Assembly: GCA_963737265.1 (NCBI GenBank)
Contig: CAVTRY010000023.1
Span: 224,001 to 288,000, forward strand
DNA length: 64,000 bases
Origin: an uncultured delta proteobacterium
GTDB taxonomy: Bacteria > Myxococcota_A > Polyangia > Fen-1088
Reading direction: 5' to 3'
Shown here: piece after piece, positions 61,389 through 64,000 of the stretch
How the letters are laid out: the number at the start of each line of letters is the position of its first letter
How positions within the stretch are numbered: position 1 is the stretch's first letter
Translations under genes and position numbers: made by a program
The notes under the pieces: model-generated
Seen by the model: only the letters and a program-made list of their open reading frames with translations
The model's database searches: none
Told to the model about the DNA's origin: nothing

Positions 61389-61770
61389 TACCAATGTCGT
61401 CGTTCGACTGCTCGTTCGCGATGACGAAGAGCAGTGCCGCAGGGCGGAGCAGCTCTATCGGCGGGCAATCGCCGCAGGTGGGGTATGGATCCCTTCGGTG
61501 GTGATCGTCGAAACCGCGTGGGTACTGCGGGTTGCGTACACCTTCGATCGTGCCGCGATCGCAACTGCGCTCCGCCGCCTCGTGGGCGCTGAAGGCGTGG
61601 TCGCGGAAGATGAGGCCGCGACACTTCGGGCGCTTGCGGCGTTCGAAACTGGCCCCGCTGACTTCTCCGACTATTTCATTCTCGATTGTGCCCGTCGCGC
61701 CGAGGCTTCGCCGCTCTGGACATTCGACGAGCAGCTTGGGCGCGCAGCCGGCGCAAAGCTTGTGCCGTAG
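61375..61770 (+). CDS. VapC/PIN toxin
   Basis: ALDTNVVVRLL, VIVETAWVL, ADFSD, WTFD. Confidence 0.88.
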   Translation: MQALDTNVVVRLLVRDDEEQCRRAEQLYRRAIAAGGVWIPSVVIVETAWVLRVAYTFDRAAIATALRRLVGAEGVVAEDEAATLRALAAFETGPADFSDYFILDCARRAEASPLWTFDEQLGRAAGAKLVP

Positions 61771-61843
61771 ACTCCATGCCTTCGACGTGCTGACGCCGGT
61801 AGAGGGCGGTACTGCACGCGCTGGAGCACCCGGTCCAGGCGGT

Positions 61844-62764
61844 CTAGGAAACCTCCAGGTGCTCGACGAGAAAACGTCCCAACTTGCTTTCGGATCCCGG
61901 CAGGTTCAGGGAGAACTTGTCCTCCTCGATCCTGTCCGAATCAAGTCGCACAGCCATCACCTCCGCCACGTGCTCCACCAACCCGACGTTCGCGACCACC
62001 TCCCATTTGCTTCCAGGCCATTCGGCGCGAGCAGTGCCCTCGGGGGTTGGGTAGAGATAGGGAACGGGGAGGTTGAACCCTTCAAGGATGCCCTTCAGGA
62101 GGTTCAACAGCCAATCCAGCTGCCCTCGCTGATAGCTTGGACTGGACTCGTCGAACCAGCCGGCTGGCAAAATCGACAGCGATCGCACCTGCTGTTCGAC
62201 AGAGGTCAGGCATCCTCGGCGGCGATCACCCGCCAAGTCCTCTTCCGCGATGCTGACATCAGTCGCCATTTCGATGCGTCGAAGACTACCTGTCTCGTCA
62301 AAAAGACCAGTTCCACGGACACGCACGGGCACCGAGGTCGATAGGGAGCGCAGGGCGATTGGAAAGAACATCTCGGGTACGCGAACGCGGTATTTGACCC
62401 CTTCCAGCGTTCGAAGATCGAAGCCCTCGGAATCTCGGTCAGCGGCGCGAACATCACCCACGAGATCGATTTCGTCCTCGTACAGCGGCTGCGCCTGGAG
62501 CACCAGCTTCTTCCTGAGTGCCTGGTTGTAGATTGCGCCATTTCGGTTACCCGGGAGGCCTACGACGATCGACTCATCTGGCCCCAGGGTCCGCCCGAAG
62601 GAACCGAATCGCGCCAGCACCTGCTTGGCCAGGTCGGGTGGCAATACGTCCGGGGCCATTCCACCCGCGGCGATCCCATTCTGGATCAGGTCTCTCGCCA
62701 GCTCGAAGATGTCGTCTTCTCGTGGAACGTCGAAAAGAGCCAGGTCGCGTTCGTCCACGCGCAC
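61844..62764 (-). pseudogene. Second, 5'-deleted copy of the 386-aa hypothetical gene
   Basis: Near-identical to 55397-56315; joined directly to the end of AAA copy 2. Confidence 0.85.
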
Positions 62765-63620
62765 CTTCCCGCGCGCGGGCGGCGCTGACCAAGTCCACGG
62801 TCAAGAACTCGCGACCCTTGAGAATCATCGCCTTGATCGCGCGTATGAGAACGCGCTCCACATCGGCATGCGCCAAGCCGGCGAACCCGGCGATGAACCC
62901 ATCGTCCTCGAGCGGCAGCTCATGGCGAACACCCCGCAGCTTGGCAGAGAAGATCTGCTTAAGTTGTGCTGAGTTCGGCTTGTCAAGAAGGAGGACTTCG
63001 TCAAAGCGTCGCCAGAGGGCGCGATCAAGAAGGCGCTCGTGGTTGGTGGCGGCGATAGGAATGCTCTGACCACGGTAGCTGTCGAGCAGCTGGAGAAAGG
63101 CGTTGACGACTCGGCGGAGCTCGCCGTGCTCGGCTGAATCTTCGCGCTCCTTACCTATGGCATCGAACTCGTCAAAAAGGCCGACGAAGCGGCCGGCCGA
63201 GAGGAAGTCGAACACCTTGCGGAGGTTCGCCGAGGTCTCGCCTAGGAACGAGGAGACTACGGCATCGAAGCGCGCGGTCACCAGCTCGATGCCCAGTTCC
63301 GTAGCCAGCACCTCGGCCGTCGAGGTCTTTCCGCATCCAGGTGGTCAGTAGAAGAGGAGCCGATGGATGGGCTTGAGCCCGTAGCCAGAGAGGAGGTCGG
63401 TCCGGTTCTGCTCGACAAGGACCTCCTCCATCGTCGCTTTGTTGCCATCGGATAGAACGATGTCCTTGAGGTCTCGGACAGGGACGCGGACCGAGAGCAG
63501 CTCCAGCCCTCGCTCGCCGTCCTTGGGGATCTGGTAGGTCCGCCTGGGGCTGCTTGGCGCTTTGGAGTCCTCCCCGTAGAGAATGCGCTCGAGGTCGTTG
63601 GCGAGCAGGTGGTGGTTCTT
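62760..63620 (-). pseudogene. Second copy of the AAA ATPase, 5'-truncated, with a premature stop at 63345
   Basis: LLFY* replaces LLFYG of the Walker A; otherwise near-identical to 56640-57500. Confidence 0.85.
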
Positions 63621-63693
63621 CGGGGAATGGCGGTCGAACTCAGCGTGCGTAAAGGTCTCTTCTCCCTGTTTGTTCCTCCTGGTCTCCACCATA

Positions 63694-63722
63694 TGGGCTA
63701 GGAAACCAGGATCGGCGCTGGG
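63694..63722. repeat. 29-bp direct repeat, right island boundary (ppk1 3' end)
   Basis: Identical to 48617-48645; contains the ppk1 stop codon. Confidence 0.9.
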
Positions 63723-64000
63723 GTCTGGCCTTGTTGCGCTTCGTGCGCCTCGCTGAGGGCTGCTTTGGCCAAGACGAAAGGCGTGCCCATCGCCGGCGTG
63801 TGTTCCTGCGGCCGCGGCGCTGGGATGTCCTGCACGTGCCTGCGCGACATGGCGATGAATCGCTCTTGGCTGCGTACCAGCGGCTGGCCATTGGCCGGCA
63901 CGACACGCTGATAGCTACCGTTCGGCAGCAGGCGGCGCGCCCTGACGTTGTCGGCGAGCTGCGTGCCGAGGATTTCCTCGAGGACGCGCACGCGCAGAAC
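63698..64000 (-). CDS. ppk1: Polyphosphate kinase 1, C-terminus (runs off window end)
   Basis: ILGTQLADNVRARRLLPNGSYQRV...RSQERFI; CHAD/SixA context. Confidence 0.8.
   Translation of the reverse strand, partial: VLRVRVLEEILGTQLADNVRARRLLPNGSYQRVVPANGQPLVRSQERFIAMSRRHVQDIPAPRPQEHTPAMGTPFVLAKAALSEAHEAQQGQTPAPILVS

Noticed and set aside
1-64000. CRISPR array, tRNA, rRNA or integron attC array
   Set aside because: No regularly spaced short repeats, no RNA-gene signatures and no integron integrase seen.

Overview
GC-rich bacterial window, probably Myxococcota-like (inference from gene content only). Intact housekeeping blocks: a MoxR/DUF58/BatA/BatB operon (1-5033), a DUF748 protein, an MdtABC-like RND pump with a TolC-family gene, a MATE transporter, a Rieske-FAD oxidoreductase, and a CHAD/SixA/ppk1 polyphosphate cluster. 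These alternate with two accessory zones. Zone 1 (about 14.3-34.6 kb) holds a minus-strand operon: LysM/peptidoglycan-binding protein, pentapeptide-repeat protein, then an 876-aa calcineurin-like metallophosphoesterase. It is followed by four paralogous signal-peptide genes, each followed directly by a copy of the enzyme's 3' tip, plus a second, divergent C-terminal half of the enzyme. This looks like a polymorphic effector/immunity array and is the best candidate for an undescribed system. Zone 1 also carries IS21, an ISKra4/ISLre2-like IS, a 268-bp MITE, IS91-like remnants and a group II intron remnant. Zone 2 (48617-63722) is a ~15-kb defence-type island bounded by an exact 29-bp direct repeat matching the ppk1 3' end. 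It contains a collapsed type I RM locus, an Mrr_N-DUF262-HNH-HEPN fusion, DUF2130, a duplicated AAA-ATPase module, ORF6N, DUF1016, RhuM and a TA pair. Many abrupt gene truncations and fusions occur, so assembly chimerism should be excluded. All family calls come from motif recognition by eye; no searches were run.
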